From: a virus
Reading direction: 5' to 3' (one strand)
Virus record (IMG/VR): IMGVR_UViG_3300030381_000254
Location: 69,982 to 133,981 of that record
DNA: 64,000 bases
Shown: one piece after another, positions 20,548 to 30,276 of the stretch
Layout: every line of letters begins with the position of its first letter
Position numbering within the stretch: the stretch's first letter is position 1
Program-made: the position numbers and the translations under genes
Notes under the pieces: model-generated
Database searches by the model: none
Seen by the model: only the letters and a program-made list of their open reading frames with translations
What the model was told of the DNA's origin: nothing

Positions 20548-20736
20548 TTATTTAAGTTTCATTAGATCTAGATTATAGTCACCAAAGACATTTCCACTAA
20601 CTTTTCCAGAATCTATTAATTTCTTGAGAGCATTTGGAATAGGATGATTTAATCTGCCAAGAAATGGAGAATAATTTTTTCCAGATGACTTCCCAACTTT
20701 TAATCTTATATCTTTAGGACTTCTTACTTTTTTCAT
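20548..20736 (-). CDS. Small basic protein, 62 aa
   Basis: Short Lys/Arg-rich ORF packed tightly between neighbours. Confidence 0.3.
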   Translation of the reverse strand: MKKVRSPKDIRLKVGKSSGKNYSPFLGRLNHPIPNALKKLIDSGKVSGNVFGDYNLDLMKLK

Positions 20737-21314
20737 TAGAATGTTCCTCCATAAATCTTATTTACTCTAATAGCATCTATATCTTTATCATAAACTAGAC
20801 TATTATCGTCAAGTTTAACATCTGCTTTTAGAGTTTTTTTACTTTCTGTTGGTCCAGGAGAAAGAGTAAAATCAATAGTTCCAGAATCTTCAAATATAAT
20901 TCCTAAACCATCTGCAGTAGTACCTCCAGTCTTAATCCATTCTCCCCCTATCATAGTATAAGTAATAGATGTAGTTCCATCATATGATGTTAAAATTACT
21001 ACATCACCATTTTTTGGTTTCTCACCAAATAATGCTATTAATATACACTCAGCATCAGATTGATCTTCAGACTGTTTCTTTGCTGTAAATATTCTAGGTT
21101 GATTACAACATAAAAAACTATCTGATACTATCTCAAAATCACCAAGATCAGCGCTTTTATAAATAGCTAAGATAATACAAACTTCTTCATTTTCATTATA
21201 ATATCTAACTGCTACTAATTCAGCGTATTGTCTACTTGAACAACTTAGAGCCTTTAACGCTTCTTCTCGACTTGAATAAATACATTCAAATCTAGTTAAC
21301 TGTCCTTGTGCCAT
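20736..21314 (-). CDS. Hypothetical structural protein, 192 aa, with fibre-like N-terminal domain
   Basis: The N-terminus (SSREEALKAL...YAELVAVRYY...ILAIYKSADLGD) resembles the N-terminus of fibre 2595..5324. Confidence 0.4.
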   Translation of the reverse strand: MAQGQLTRFECIYSSREEALKALSCSSRQYAELVAVRYYNENEEVCIILAIYKSADLGDFEIVSDSFLCCNQPRIFTAKKQSEDQSDAECILIALFGEKPKNGDVVILTSYDGTTSITYTMIGGEWIKTGGTTADGLGIIFEDSGTIDFTLSPGPTESKKTLKADVKLDDNSLVYDKDIDAIRVNKIYGGTF

Positions 21315-21323
21315 ATTATATAT

Positions 21324-21839
21324 TTATTTTTTATCTAGAATGTCCCCATTAAAATTAACATCGATATCAGATATATCATCAACATCTTTAGTAATATCTT
21401 CTACCGTAGCTCCAACAATTCGAACAATTCTATTAGTTATTACATTTCCATTTTCATCGATAATTGCTATACCATTTACATTATTTAACCAAGATGGATT
21501 AGTATCAACTCCATATCCACATACAGTTTGACCCGCTAAAAATCCTCCACAAGTAGATTTAAACTTACTTATTACATTAAGCTCTACTACTTCTAGGTCT
21601 TTCCATGTAAATATTTTTCCGGGATATTCAACTAGCTCAATAACTGTTATAGTCTTCCCATCTAAAGATATTCTAAAAAATATATCTTTTATAGTAAGCA
21701 ATTCATTTACTCCACTAAAACATCCGAAAAAATTACTAACTGGCATTGATTTTACTTTAACTTTCGCACCAATTAGTTGTTCATATTCCCAAACTCCGGA
21801 TGGGCTTACTATTCTTGCATTTTTACAACTATTTAACAT
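21324..21839 (-). CDS. Hypothetical protein, 171 aa
   Basis: ORF only. Confidence 0.35.
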   Translation of the reverse strand: MLNSCKNARIVSPSGVWEYEQLIGAKVKVKSMPVSNFFGCFSGVNELLTIKDIFFRISLDGKTITVIELVEYPGKIFTWKDLEVVELNVISKFKSTCGGFLAGQTVCGYGVDTNPSWLNNVNGIAIIDENGNVITNRIVRIVGATVEDITKDVDDISDIDVNFNGDILDKK

Positions 21840-21840
21840 C

Positions 21841-22332
21841 TTAATCTATTCCTTTAGCTAGCGAATCTACATAGTTATTCCAATATATGTCTGGATTAAC
21901 TCCATCAAATTTTTGATGTCCTTTTACCCATTCATAACTTAGTCTACCTTGTAAACCCTGTTTCATTATTTCTTTATCTATTTCGCTCTTTATTTTAGCA
22001 ATATAAGGTTCTTTAATTCTCCATTTTCCTGTCATCCACTCCTTTACTCCCAAGTAATCCGCATGAATTACTACTTTGTCTAATGGACCCCAAAATTTAG
22101 AAAATTCTCTAAGAGCAAATAATACTCCTACTAACTCAGCACTAGGATTACTACATTTAGATGCTCCAAAATTATCATACATATAATCTTGTTTTAACTC
22201 GTTAGAAAATTTTCCGAGTATAGTTCCCATTCCAGGGCCTGATAAATTTACTATAACTCCTCCAACACCTAAACGTCCATTATTCTGCTTATCTAAATGA
22301 GATCCATCTGTATAAACATCAAATTGTTTCAT
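21841..22332 (-). CDS. rnhA: Ribonuclease H (RNase HI-like)
   Basis: DVYTDGS matches the RNase H motif 1. ELVGVLFALRE and WVKGHQKFDGNPD...NYVDSLAKG resemble the C-terminal catalytic Asp region. Confidence 0.7.
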   Translation of the reverse strand: MKQFDVYTDGSHLDKQNNGRLGVGGVIVNLSGPGMGTILGKFSNELKQDYMYDNFGASKCSNPSAELVGVLFALREFSKFWGPLDKVVIHADYLGVKEWMTGKWRIKEPYIAKIKSEIDKEIMKQGLQGRLSYEWVKGHQKFDGVNPDIYWNNYVDSLAKGID

Positions 22333-22817
22333 ATATCAATATTTTTATTAAGAGATCTATATTCTAATGGATCTAAATCTAGATTAAAGTCATTAAGAAC
22401 CCAATCTCTAAAATCTTTAGTACCAATTACACTAATATTCCCTAAAACATCTAATAACTCATCTCCATTAATAGATGATAAATTTGGTTCAAGATAACAA
22501 ACGAATTTAGTCATTAAATATCCAAAATTATTAAACTTATCATCCTCATAATTTACACTATGATATAAAATTTCGTCACCAGAATGACAATTTAAAGCGG
22601 AAAATAAATAAATCCATTTTGGAGGAATATAAATTGAAGTTCCATTATATAGGTATATAATATAATGACCAAATTCCGTAACCCTATATAAAATATAATC
22701 AGATACTAAATTATCATTAAAATTTAGTATTATTCTCTTATCTTTTATATCAGAATAATATAATCTATAGAATTCACTAAAAATTCTCTTAAACCAAGGA
22801 TCAGTTACTACTTTCAT
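22329..22817 (-). CDS. Hypothetical protein, 162 aa
   Basis: ORF only. Confidence 0.35.
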   Translation of the reverse strand: MKVVTDPWFKRIFSEFYRLYYSDIKDKRIILNFNDNLVSDYILYRVTEFGHYIIYLYNGTSIYIPPKWIYLFSALNCHSGDEILYHSVNYEDDKFNNFGYLMTKFVCYLEPNLSSINGDELLDVLGNISVIGTKDFRDWVLNDFNLDLDPLEYRSLNKNIDI

Positions 22818-23083
22818 AATAATGTATATAAGTTTATTAATCCAAGACCACTAAGAATTATAGTATTATTATCCTCTAATATCAAGTATCCTGACTTATC
22901 ACATTGATTTTTATAATCTAGAATATCTAAAAATTCTAATAAATCAGAATTTAAATAAAATGTTATAGATACAATCCCATTATCAAATGCAAATGAACAG
23001 ATAACTGAATATGGGTTTATATCATAGTTACTAAGTCTTTTCTCTATTTCATCTTGAATTTCTATTTCTCTAGGAACTTTCAT
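22814..23083 (-). CDS. Hypothetical protein, 89 aa
   Basis: ORF with overlapping start and stop with its neighbours. Confidence 0.3.
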   Translation of the reverse strand: MKVPREIEIQDEIEKRLSNYDINPYSVICSFAFDNGIVSITFYLNSDLLEFLDILDYKNQCDKSGYLILEDNNTIILSGLGLINLYTLL

Positions 23084-23505
23084 AATATCAACTCAGTAAC
23101 TCTATCATCTAGAATTCTCATGTTATTTAATATACTTGACAATATAGATCTATGACAATTCTTATCATCTGATCCATACCCCATTAAAACTACACCTCTA
23201 GCATCTGATAAATTAGCTAAATAGTTTAATCTATCTATCACACTAACAAAATTAACTTCAGACATTTCTATAATATACTTCTTAGAGAATTCTTCAAAAC
23301 TTATTAAATTATCTCTTCTTTCTCTAAATAATTCATTACTAGGAGCTAATTCTCTCATGTGAATTGCTGTTCCAGAATACTTTCCTATTAAATTTGAATT
23401 TCCTATATTTCTAATAATAAATATTGGCAAATATCCATACTCTGGGAGAACTTTTAATGTCATTGGAGACACAAAAGATGTTTTTACTTGTAATTGGTAA
23501 CTCAT
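23080..23505 (-). CDS. DUF488 (YeaO-like) family protein
   Basis: ...AIHMRELAPSNELFRE...ISFEEFSKKYIIEM... matches the DUF488 signature LAPSxEL...F...W.EF..RY..EL. Confidence 0.45.
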   Translation of the reverse strand: MSYQLQVKTSFVSPMTLKVLPEYGYLPIFIIRNIGNSNLIGKYSGTAIHMRELAPSNELFRERRDNLISFEEFSKKYIIEMSEVNFVSVIDRLNYLANLSDARGVVLMGYGSDDKNCHRSILSSILNNMRILDDRVTELIL

Positions 23506-23536
23506 TTTTCTATAAATTTTAAATTAATAACTTCTT

Positions 23537-23983
23537 CTATTTTCCTCCAAATTTCTTATTCGCCGTTCGAAATCCTGACTTTCCAGAAAAATTAGAAGAT
23601 GATTTTTTATTAAATTTTCTATCTGAATTTTTATAAGATTCTGAAAATCCAGTAGAATTATTAGATTTTTTAGACGATATTAATCCAGAAGTTCCTCCAA
23701 AACGTTGACTACTTATAGTAAATCCAGAAGGGGCAGTTTGTAATCTTTTTATTAAATTAACATTGCTTTCTACCATACTTTTCACAGTATAAGAATCTAG
23801 ATGATAAGATATCTCTGGATAATCTAGAATATCACCTTGTAATAATCCAGCAGAATTTAAAAAAATTGAAAGATTAACTAAAGCCTCTGTTAAGTTACTA
23901 GACACTAATAATGTATCAGTAGTTGGTTCATATACCTGAAAATTCTGATTATCTTTATTATAATTTATTACTACCTCTACCAT
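23537..23983 (-). CDS. Hypothetical protein with Gly/Ser/Lys/Arg-rich C-terminal tail, 148 aa
   Basis: The C-terminus (FGGTSG...KFNKKSSSNFSGKSGFRTANKKFGGK) is low-complexity and basic, and may bind nucleic acid. Confidence 0.35.
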   Translation of the reverse strand: MVEVVINYNKDNQNFQVYEPTTDTLLVSSNLTEALVNLSIFLNSAGLLQGDILDYPEISYHLDSYTVKSMVESNVNLIKRLQTAPSGFTISSQRFGGTSGLISSKKSNNSTGFSESYKNSDRKFNKKSSSNFSGKSGFRTANKKFGGK

Positions 23984-23991
23984 AATATCTT

Positions 23992-24384
23992 TTATTTAAT
24001 TATAGCTATAGTGCCAAAGATAACTGCTACTAAACCTAAAGCACTAGTCCATACTGTCTTTTTTATCTTTTCTTTTTTTAATGTCTTTTCTAAATTATTA
24101 ATAGATTCAGTATAATATTTATTCTGTTTATCAATTATATTAGTTTGATTAACTATTATAGAATCTCTTTCTGATTTAACTATAGAGTCATTTTTAATAA
24201 TTTTATTTTGAAGATTTATTATTTTTTTAGAATCCTCAAGATCAATGATAATCGAATTTATAGTTTTTAAATTGTTAGGGGAGATTACTATCATGGTATC
24301 TCCTTTATGCTCTATTATCTCTTGAGCCTCTATACTTAATAAAGGCAATAGAGATAACAAGAGACAATAGATTATTTTTTTCAT
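23992..24384 (-). CDS. Membrane protein with N-terminal signal and C-terminal TM anchor, 130 aa
   Basis: MKKIIYCLLLSLLPLLSIEAQE is a signal peptide. The C-terminal WTSALGLVAVIFGTIAIIK is a TM segment, with a coiled-coil middle region. Confidence 0.4.
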   Translation of the reverse strand: MKKIIYCLLLSLLPLLSIEAQEIIEHKGDTMIVISPNNLKTINSIIIDLEDSKKIINLQNKIIKNDSIVKSERDSIIVNQTNIIDKQNKYYTESINNLEKTLKKEKIKKTVWTSALGLVAVIFGTIAIIK

Positions 24385-24399
24385 AAAATTTATTTTAAA

Positions 24400-24440
24400 T
24401 AAAAAAAACTTAGAGAACTTGACTAAGTAAGTTCTCTAAG
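24400..24440 (-). terminator. Minus-strand rho-independent terminator
   Basis: An A-run on the plus strand is followed by the hairpin cttagagaacttgactaagtaagttctctaag. On the minus strand this reads as a hairpin plus a T-run. Confidence 0.6.
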
Positions 24441-24446
24441 TTAAAT

Positions 24447-24785
24447 TTAATTATTATACTTACTTTCAAATTCTCTAAGTTTAGATCTTAGAAACTCTAC
24501 TCCTTGTGTAGTAGGTAAATTTCTAATACTATCAACTTTATAGATTCGAGTAGTATCAATCTTTCTAATACTATCTCTGAGATAATCTATAATACTATCT
24601 CTCTTAAGAATTACTCCTTTAAGAGAGTCTATTTTATCTTTTTCTGGTTTAATAACTTCAATAGGTATATTTACAGAAGGGGTCTGAGAATTTTCCTTCT
24701 TAAAAAAGAAATATCCCAGACACCATCCGATCAATATGCTTATAAAAGTAATTAAAATAGCTTTAATTAACTCCTTTACTTTCAT
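24447..24785 (-). CDS. Type II membrane protein with coiled coil, 112 aa
   Basis: The N-terminal TM is LIKAILITFISILIGWCLGYFFF, and the rest is predicted helical. Confidence 0.4.
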   Translation of the reverse strand: MKVKELIKAILITFISILIGWCLGYFFFKKENSQTPSVNIPIEVIKPEKDKIDSLKGVILKRDSIIDYLRDSIRKIDTTRIYKVDSIRNLPTTQGVEFLRSKLREFESKYNN

Positions 24786-25368
24786 TTTCAGTTACGAATA
24801 TACCGATTCGATACTCGATATCATCTTCTTTCTTATAATTAACAAATTGATGAAATATTCTATAATATCCATCATCTTCTCTTTGAATAAGATGCGCATC
24901 CCATCCATGAGTAGTTGTTAATTTATCGATTAAATCTTGTAATCTAGATATTTTAGGAGCGTATTCTTTTAATACTTCTATATCTTGAGAAGGATCCATA
25001 AATTCTTTTAATCTTGCAAGTTCTTTATTGGATTCTTCTTCATTCATTATGTCGCTAGTAAACTCAGTTAATTTATACTGCTTAATATCACTAGTACTTT
25101 TAATAGTATTTAGAAATTGTCCTGCTATTTTCTTACTAGAAATTTCAGCAATAACAGCATTATACTCATCCTTAGAGGATATGATATTTCTCATATCCTC
25201 TAATACTTTCATAGATGTAGTAATGCCTAAACTAACAAATACTCCAAATGGTTTAACAAATGTATTCCCATCAACTGAATTTACATAAAATGTTTTAAAT
25301 GCTGGTTGATAAAACACTTCAACCAGTGAATGAATTTTATCTCTATTTATGTTTCCATTAGTAGCCAT
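24763..25368 (-). CDS. Hypothetical protein, 201 aa
   Basis: ORF only. Confidence 0.35.
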   Translation of the reverse strand: MATNGNINRDKIHSLVEVFYQPAFKTFYVNSVDGNTFVKPFGVFVSLGITTSMKVLEDMRNIISSKDEYNAVIAEISSKKIAGQFLNTIKSTSDIKQYKLTEFTSDIMNEEESNKELARLKEFMDPSQDIEVLKEYAPKISRLQDLIDKLTTTHGWDAHLIQREDDGYYRIFHQFVNYKKEDDIEYRIGIFVTENESKGVN

Positions 25369-27085
25369 AACTATTTTTAAAATTTTTTACTTTGAAATAT
25401 TTAAAATTTTGATTATAATTACTAGAGCCATAATTAAATCCATACATAGTATATTCTGGCATCTTAGACTCTTCTTCATGCCATTCTTCCAAGTAATCTT
25501 CAAAATCTGAGATAAGAATCAATATAGCTTCTGGCCCATAATTATCTCTAAAGTATTTTATACCTCTAGCCATTCTTGTTCCACCTCCCATAGATATACG
25601 AGGAACACCTTTTCTTGGATTAATGTTCTTTATGTGCTCACCTAAACAAGTAGACCAAGATATAATATTGTAAGTAAGACCTCTTCCAAGTCGTTTCATC
25701 TTACTAGCAATAGTATTAAGTATTCTATCTACAAGTCTAGTATCCATAGATCCTGACACATCTATTAAAAATACAATAGTAGGATCATTTGAAATAGTAA
25801 CTTTTCTTCTAATAGTTGGAGTAATAACACTTCTATTAATCCCCCTATTATACATATACATTAAATCTTTTTTTGTATCTACTTTTACTACTCTAGATTT
25901 ATAGTTCAACATAACTTCATCTAGAGCCATATCTACTTCATCAGTATCTGTTACTACTCTAGTAGCATCCGGACCACCTGAATTTCCACATCCAACTCCA
26001 CCACCAGAACGAATTTGTCCTAGCTCTCTCTTTTTATCTGCATCATCTCTAGAATCTGTTCCGTGGTCTCTATGAGTTCCTCCTTTATTATTTCCATTAG
26101 GATCTAACTCATTTGTTCCAGAATCTCTATTCCCTTTATATGGACAATCCCTAGGTGTTTTTTGTCCTTGACCATTACCATTTCCAGAACCAGAAGACAT
26201 ACCCATTTCTTCCATCAAATCAGATAGTCCTTGCATTCCTCCTCCTTGAGAAGAACCTCCATCTCCACTACCTAATGCATTCTGTACATCTTCAGCAGTT
26301 ATATTAGAAGTATCTCCATTTCCTCCATTCTTAATTGATACTAGCATCTTAACAAATTGATCTAAGTGCATAATAATCAACATAAGATATTCTGAATAAG
26401 AACGTTCTTTTGGAAATGGTGTAGGATCTGGTAATGCATTATCTAGATGATATCTCTCTGGAATAATTAATTTAATTTTTGTTTCATTCTCCATTTTCTT
26501 GAGAGCTTCATCTATTTGTTTTTTCACTTCTTCATCATCAGTGTGATCTCTCTGATATCTTAATAATTCTGCTTGATAATCCGGAAGTTTTTCTGAAATA
26601 TCTTTCTCCATTTCTTCAATATCATCTTTAGATAATATCTTAGAATTTACTTCCATATCCATAGCTATATTATGAATACTGTGATTTAATACAGGATCAT
26701 CAATTACTCTTTCAATAAGCTTATCCGCAAAATCAATCCCACACTCTTTATTAATTCTATCTATAAGCTCTCCTCTATGATCTCTGAAAGCATTACAGAT
26801 CTGAACATCTAACTCTTCGTGAATTCCATCCAAATGACCCAAATATATATGACCATATTCATGCATAAGTACTCTAAAATCAGTTCTTGGAATTCCTATT
26901 TCAGAACACACTATCTTATAAGTTACGTATCCAGTAGAATCATCTTTATATTTATAACAATATCCTAATTCTGGATTATCTGGATTAAATGGTTTTTCTG
27001 TATTAACCATTAATAAATTTCCAAATCTGCAATAAGTGTTGTCTACAAATCTTTTTATAAACTCTAATTCTGATTGAGTTCTCAT
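25358..27085 (-). CDS. VWA-domain protein with N-terminal HExxH putative metallopeptidase domain (DUF2201-like), partner of the MoxR ATPase
   Basis: The N-terminal LMHEYGHIYLGH is an HExxHxxxxH motif. The middle has a Gly/Ser/Asn/Asp-rich low-complexity linker. The C-terminal VFLIDVSGSMDTRLVDRILNTIASK is a VWA MIDAS motif (DxSGS). Confidence 0.65.
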   Translation of the reverse strand: MRTQSELEFIKRFVDNTYCRFGNLLMVNTEKPFNPDNPELGYCYKYKDDSTGYVTYKIVCSEIGIPRTDFRVLMHEYGHIYLGHLDGIHEELDVQICNAFRDHRGELIDRINKECGIDFADKLIERVIDDPVLNHSIHNIAMDMEVNSKILSKDDIEEMEKDISEKLPDYQAELLRYQRDHTDDEEVKKQIDEALKKMENETKIKLIIPERYHLDNALPDPTPFPKERSYSEYLMLIIMHLDQFVKMLVSIKNGGNGDTSNITAEDVQNALGSGDGGSSQGGGMQGLSDLMEEMGMSSGSGNGNGQGQKTPRDCPYKGNRDSGTNELDPNGNNKGGTHRDHGTDSRDDADKKRELGQIRSGGGVGCGNSGGPDATRVVTDTDEVDMALDEVMLNYKSRVVKVDTKKDLMYMYNRGINRSVITPTIRRKVTISNDPTIVFLIDVSGSMDTRLVDRILNTIASKMKRLGRGLTYNIISWSTCLGEHIKNINPRKGVPRISMGGGTRMARGIKYFRDNYGPEAILILISDFEDYLEEWHEEESKMPEYTMYGFNYGSSNYNQNFKYFKVKNFKNSYGY

Positions 27086-27189
27086 AATTTTAAATTTTTT
27101 TAAATTGTTCTTAATGAAAAAACCTTAGAGATTCATATAAATCAAACTATATTCTCTCTAAGGTTATATACTATCTATTTAACTATATT

Positions 27190-28716
27190 TTATTTAAAAC
27201 CTCTAATTTCAGGTACTATAGATGCAAGAGCTGGATCTTCCTGTAAAATAATCTTACGGAAAGATTTCAATCTAAATCCAGCTACCTTCAAGTCTTCTTG
27301 AGTAGACTTAAGTGTAGATACTGAATTATCTTTATTTCCATAACCCTTAGTAGAATCCATAACTAATTCTTGCATTGATGTCATAAGGTCTGCTAAAACA
27401 TTCCAATAAGTAACGTAACCAATAAAAGTATCTGAAGATATTTTATCTAAGAACTTATCTGTCGGTGCCATCTTAATCTTGCTAATGCTAGATCCAGAAG
27501 CTTTGCAAATCTTAAACATCTTTTCAATACATTCAGGATCAATAGGACGTTCAATAGAGTTAATTTCCTTATCTCCCTTCAATTCAGAAAGCTTATTAAT
27601 AATAGCCTGCATTTCAGGAATTTGGAACTGAGTCTTTCCATCTACTATGTCATTGAAGAATTTAGTATATTTAGGTAACTTATCATTCTTCATCTTCTCA
27701 ATATCATTAACGATATTAACCATAGTATCATAGAACTCTTTTGAAATTGGAGTTTTAATAACATTCTTAGAGGATTTATCTCTAGAAATACCAATTCCAC
27801 AAAGACCATCAATCATATTTCTATAATTATCACTAGTAATACCAGCTTTTCCAAAACATTTGAAAGAAGCTATAGTTACATCTCTAAGATAATTAAGAGT
27901 TCTGAATGTAACGAATCCATAAAGTTTAGTTTCATTCTCTGCATCTGAATATAATCCTTGAAGATCTGTAATAGCCAAATCTACTACTTTAGATCCAGAA
28001 GTCATAAGAGATTTTGCGGTCATTTTAATACCTCGTTCGATATATTCACCAATCTTATTATACTGATCTTCTGAAATATCTTGTTCTTGAGCATCCAGCT
28101 TTTTCATGGTCTTTCTCAAGTTTTCCATGTAATTATTTGTCTTTCCTTCAGAAGATGCTATAGCTCCTTCATACTTACATAAGAATGTATCCAAATCGTT
28201 ATAATCAGGAGTTATATTAAATATCATAAAACGGTTCATTAATGGAGGAAGCATCTGCATTGAATTAGAAAGATTCTGTGCATAGTTACCTGCAGACACA
28301 ATCAATGTATTTTCAGGCAATTTTTCACTTCCTACCTTACGTTCAAAAACTAAATGTAACAACGCAGACTGAACGTACTCGTTTGCAGTTGTAATTTCAT
28401 CCAAAAATAACAAACTTTTACCACCCTTTTCTGCAATATCACGAATTTCAGTATACCATGATGGGCGAAGATGTTTAGTAGTCTTTGATTCTGGATTATC
28501 ATTATCCACTACATCATATCCCATTACTTCTTCAGCAGTAGTACTATTACCTCTAAGAAGTACTAGATTATATCCTCTAACTTCAGCAAACATTTCTACT
28601 GAAGTTGATTTACCCAAACCTGGATTAGACATAATCAATACAGGTACTTTACTAGTTTCGCTAACTTTTAATGCTGTAAAAATTTGAACATTAATAGAAT
28701 CATTTTTCTTTGCCAT
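27190..28716 (-). CDS. MoxR-like AAA+ ATPase (AAA_5 / CbbQ / GvpN-type)
   Basis: Walker A is SNPGLGKST and Walker B is LLFLDEIT. Sensor-like SAGNYAQN is present. It lies immediately upstream of the VWA protein, the classic MoxR-VWA arrangement. Confidence 0.65.
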   Translation of the reverse strand: MAKKNDSINVQIFTALKVSETSKVPVLIMSNPGLGKSTSVEMFAEVRGYNLVLLRGNSTTAEEVMGYDVVDNDNPESKTTKHLRPSWYTEIRDIAEKGGKSLLFLDEITTANEYVQSALLHLVFERKVGSEKLPENTLIVSAGNYAQNLSNSMQMLPPLMNRFMIFNITPDYNDLDTFLCKYEGAIASSEGKTNNYMENLRKTMKKLDAQEQDISEDQYNKIGEYIERGIKMTAKSLMTSGSKVVDLAITDLQGLYSDAENETKLYGFVTFRTLNYLRDVTIASFKCFGKAGITSDNYRNMIDGLCGIGISRDKSSKNVIKTPISKEFYDTMVNIVNDIEKMKNDKLPKYTKFFNDIVDGKTQFQIPEMQAIINKLSELKGDKEINSIERPIDPECIEKMFKICKASGSSISKIKMAPTDKFLDKISSDTFIGYVTYWNVLADLMTSMQELVMDSTKGYGNKDNSVSTLKSTQEDLKVAGFRLKSFRKIILQEDPALASIVPEIRGFK

Positions 28717-28816
28717 TTTTCTAATGTTTTAAATTTGTGAATTTTATATAATTTACTTCTTAAATAATGAGAGCCAATAACTTGATTAGCTCTCATTATT
28801 TAGATTTTCAAGGGTT

Positions 28817-29548
28817 TTAAAATGCGTTTTTATCTGCATTATCAATATTATTAGATATACTATTTTTATTATCGCAATTCAATATACTTTCTTTAAGTTT
28901 TGATTCCAAATAAGTATAAATATCTTCATGAATATTTTCACCAGTATAATTATACAATGGACCATCATACATTATTCTTCCTCCAGTACGAGGATCAATA
29001 GATATACCATTATTCCCATAATTTCCAGGAACCTTCCTAATCAATTCTTTCCTTATCTCATTAATTTCTTTCTTAAGATCAGATACTTCTTTCTTCAAAT
29101 CAAGTATTTCTTTATCTCTTTCATCAATCTTTATTAATAGTTCTGGATCATCAATTATATTTTCTAAGTGTCCCCTAAGAAGATTCAGAATAATATCTAA
29201 AGTGTCTTTATCTAATTCTAATAATTTTGTTAATATATCTTTTTTAAAATCATCAGATAATTCTATTCTACTTTGTAAATCATCCTCGTCACTCCAAATG
29301 GGAGTTTTACTAAATGAAGAGCTTGTTGAAGTAATAGAACTACTAAATGGATTCTTACTACTACTATAACCATACATTGGAGTAGATCCACTATATCCAA
29401 TTACATCTTTACTAATAGTATTAATAGCAGTAGATGATAAATCTGAAGAAATTGTATAATCTCCTACACTCACGTCTGCAGAATTCAAAGAACTAATATC
29501 TGCAGAAATAATGCTATTAACATCAATTGTTTTAAATTCTTCTTCCAT
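28817..29548 (-). CDS. Coiled-coil protein with Ser/Thr-rich N-terminus, 243 aa
   Basis: The C-terminal half (KEILDLKKEVSDLKKEINEIRKELIRK) is heptad-like. Confidence 0.35.
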   Translation of the reverse strand: MEEEFKTIDVNSIISADISSLNSADVSVGDYTISSDLSSTAINTISKDVIGYSGSTPMYGYSSSKNPFSSSITSTSSSFSKTPIWSDEDDLQSRIELSDDFKKDILTKLLELDKDTLDIILNLLRGHLENIIDDPELLIKIDERDKEILDLKKEVSDLKKEINEIRKELIRKVPGNYGNNGISIDPRTGGRIMYDGPLYNYTGENIHEDIYTYLESKLKESILNCDNKNSISNNIDNADKNAF

Positions 29549-29556
29549 AACTATAA

Positions 29557-30276
29557 TTATTTATTAAGTTTATATAATTCATTAATATCTAAACATTTAT
29601 ATAATACGTTCTCTAACGAGGATGTTAAAGAACAGTGATAGTGACCAAAAAACCATCTACTACATCTTATATTTCTAAAAATATAATCTAAATAATTTCT
29701 ATCTTCTAAAATATTATTATAAATCTCTTCCGTCATGTTACTATCTCTAGTAATCACAGGAAGAAAACTAATTGGAGCCTCATGAGATACTATAATATCT
29801 ACTTTATTAGGAAGATCTCTATATTTCTTTATTGGTCTTTCATCTTCCCACCAAATTCTTTTAGATGATCCATACTTTTCCATCTTAGAGTTATAGTCTA
29901 ATCTAAATTTCATATCAATACTCTGAGCCCCTCCTATTGGATAGATAGTTTTTCCAGATAACTCCATAATTTCATGATCCGGAACATACTTAATTCTTGG
30001 ATAATTATAATAGTCATTATTAAAGTATTCTAATGAATCATGATTTCCTCTTATAGCAAAAATTTCTATATTATTTTTTTCTAATTTTGGTTCTATCTTC
30101 TTATATATATCATCATAATAAGATTTTTTATTAAATCCATCAAAACCAAAATCGCCACATACAATAATATTAGCATCAGCTATATCATATCTATTTATAA
30201 TATTCCATAAATTAGTTTTAATTTCTCCATGCCAATCCGAAGAAAAATATAAATCTCGTTCTTGTCTACTTTTCAT
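29557..30276 (-). CDS. Calcineurin-like metallophosphoesterase (Ser/Thr phosphatase-like)
   Basis: SSDWHGE (D-x-H), VCGDFGFDG (GDxxD) and RGNHDS (GNHD/E) are the metallophosphoesterase motifs I-III. Confidence 0.65.
   Translation of the reverse strand: MKSRQERDLYFSSDWHGEIKTNLWNIINRYDIADANIIVCGDFGFDGFNKKSYYDDIYKKIEPKLEKNNIEIFAIRGNHDSLEYFNNDYYNYPRIKYVPDHEIMELSGKTIYPIGGAQSIDMKFRLDYNSKMEKYGSSKRIWWEDERPIKKYRDLPNKVDIIVSHEAPISFLPVITRDSNMTEEIYNNILEDRNYLDYIFRNIRCSRWFFGHYHCSLTSSLENVLYKCLDINELYKLNK

Noticed and set aside
23992-24785. Two small coiled-coil membrane proteins considered as an i-spanin/o-spanin pair.
   Set aside because: They are about 20 kb from the holin and peptidase cassette, and the second lacks a convincing lipobox. 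They are kept as generic membrane proteins.
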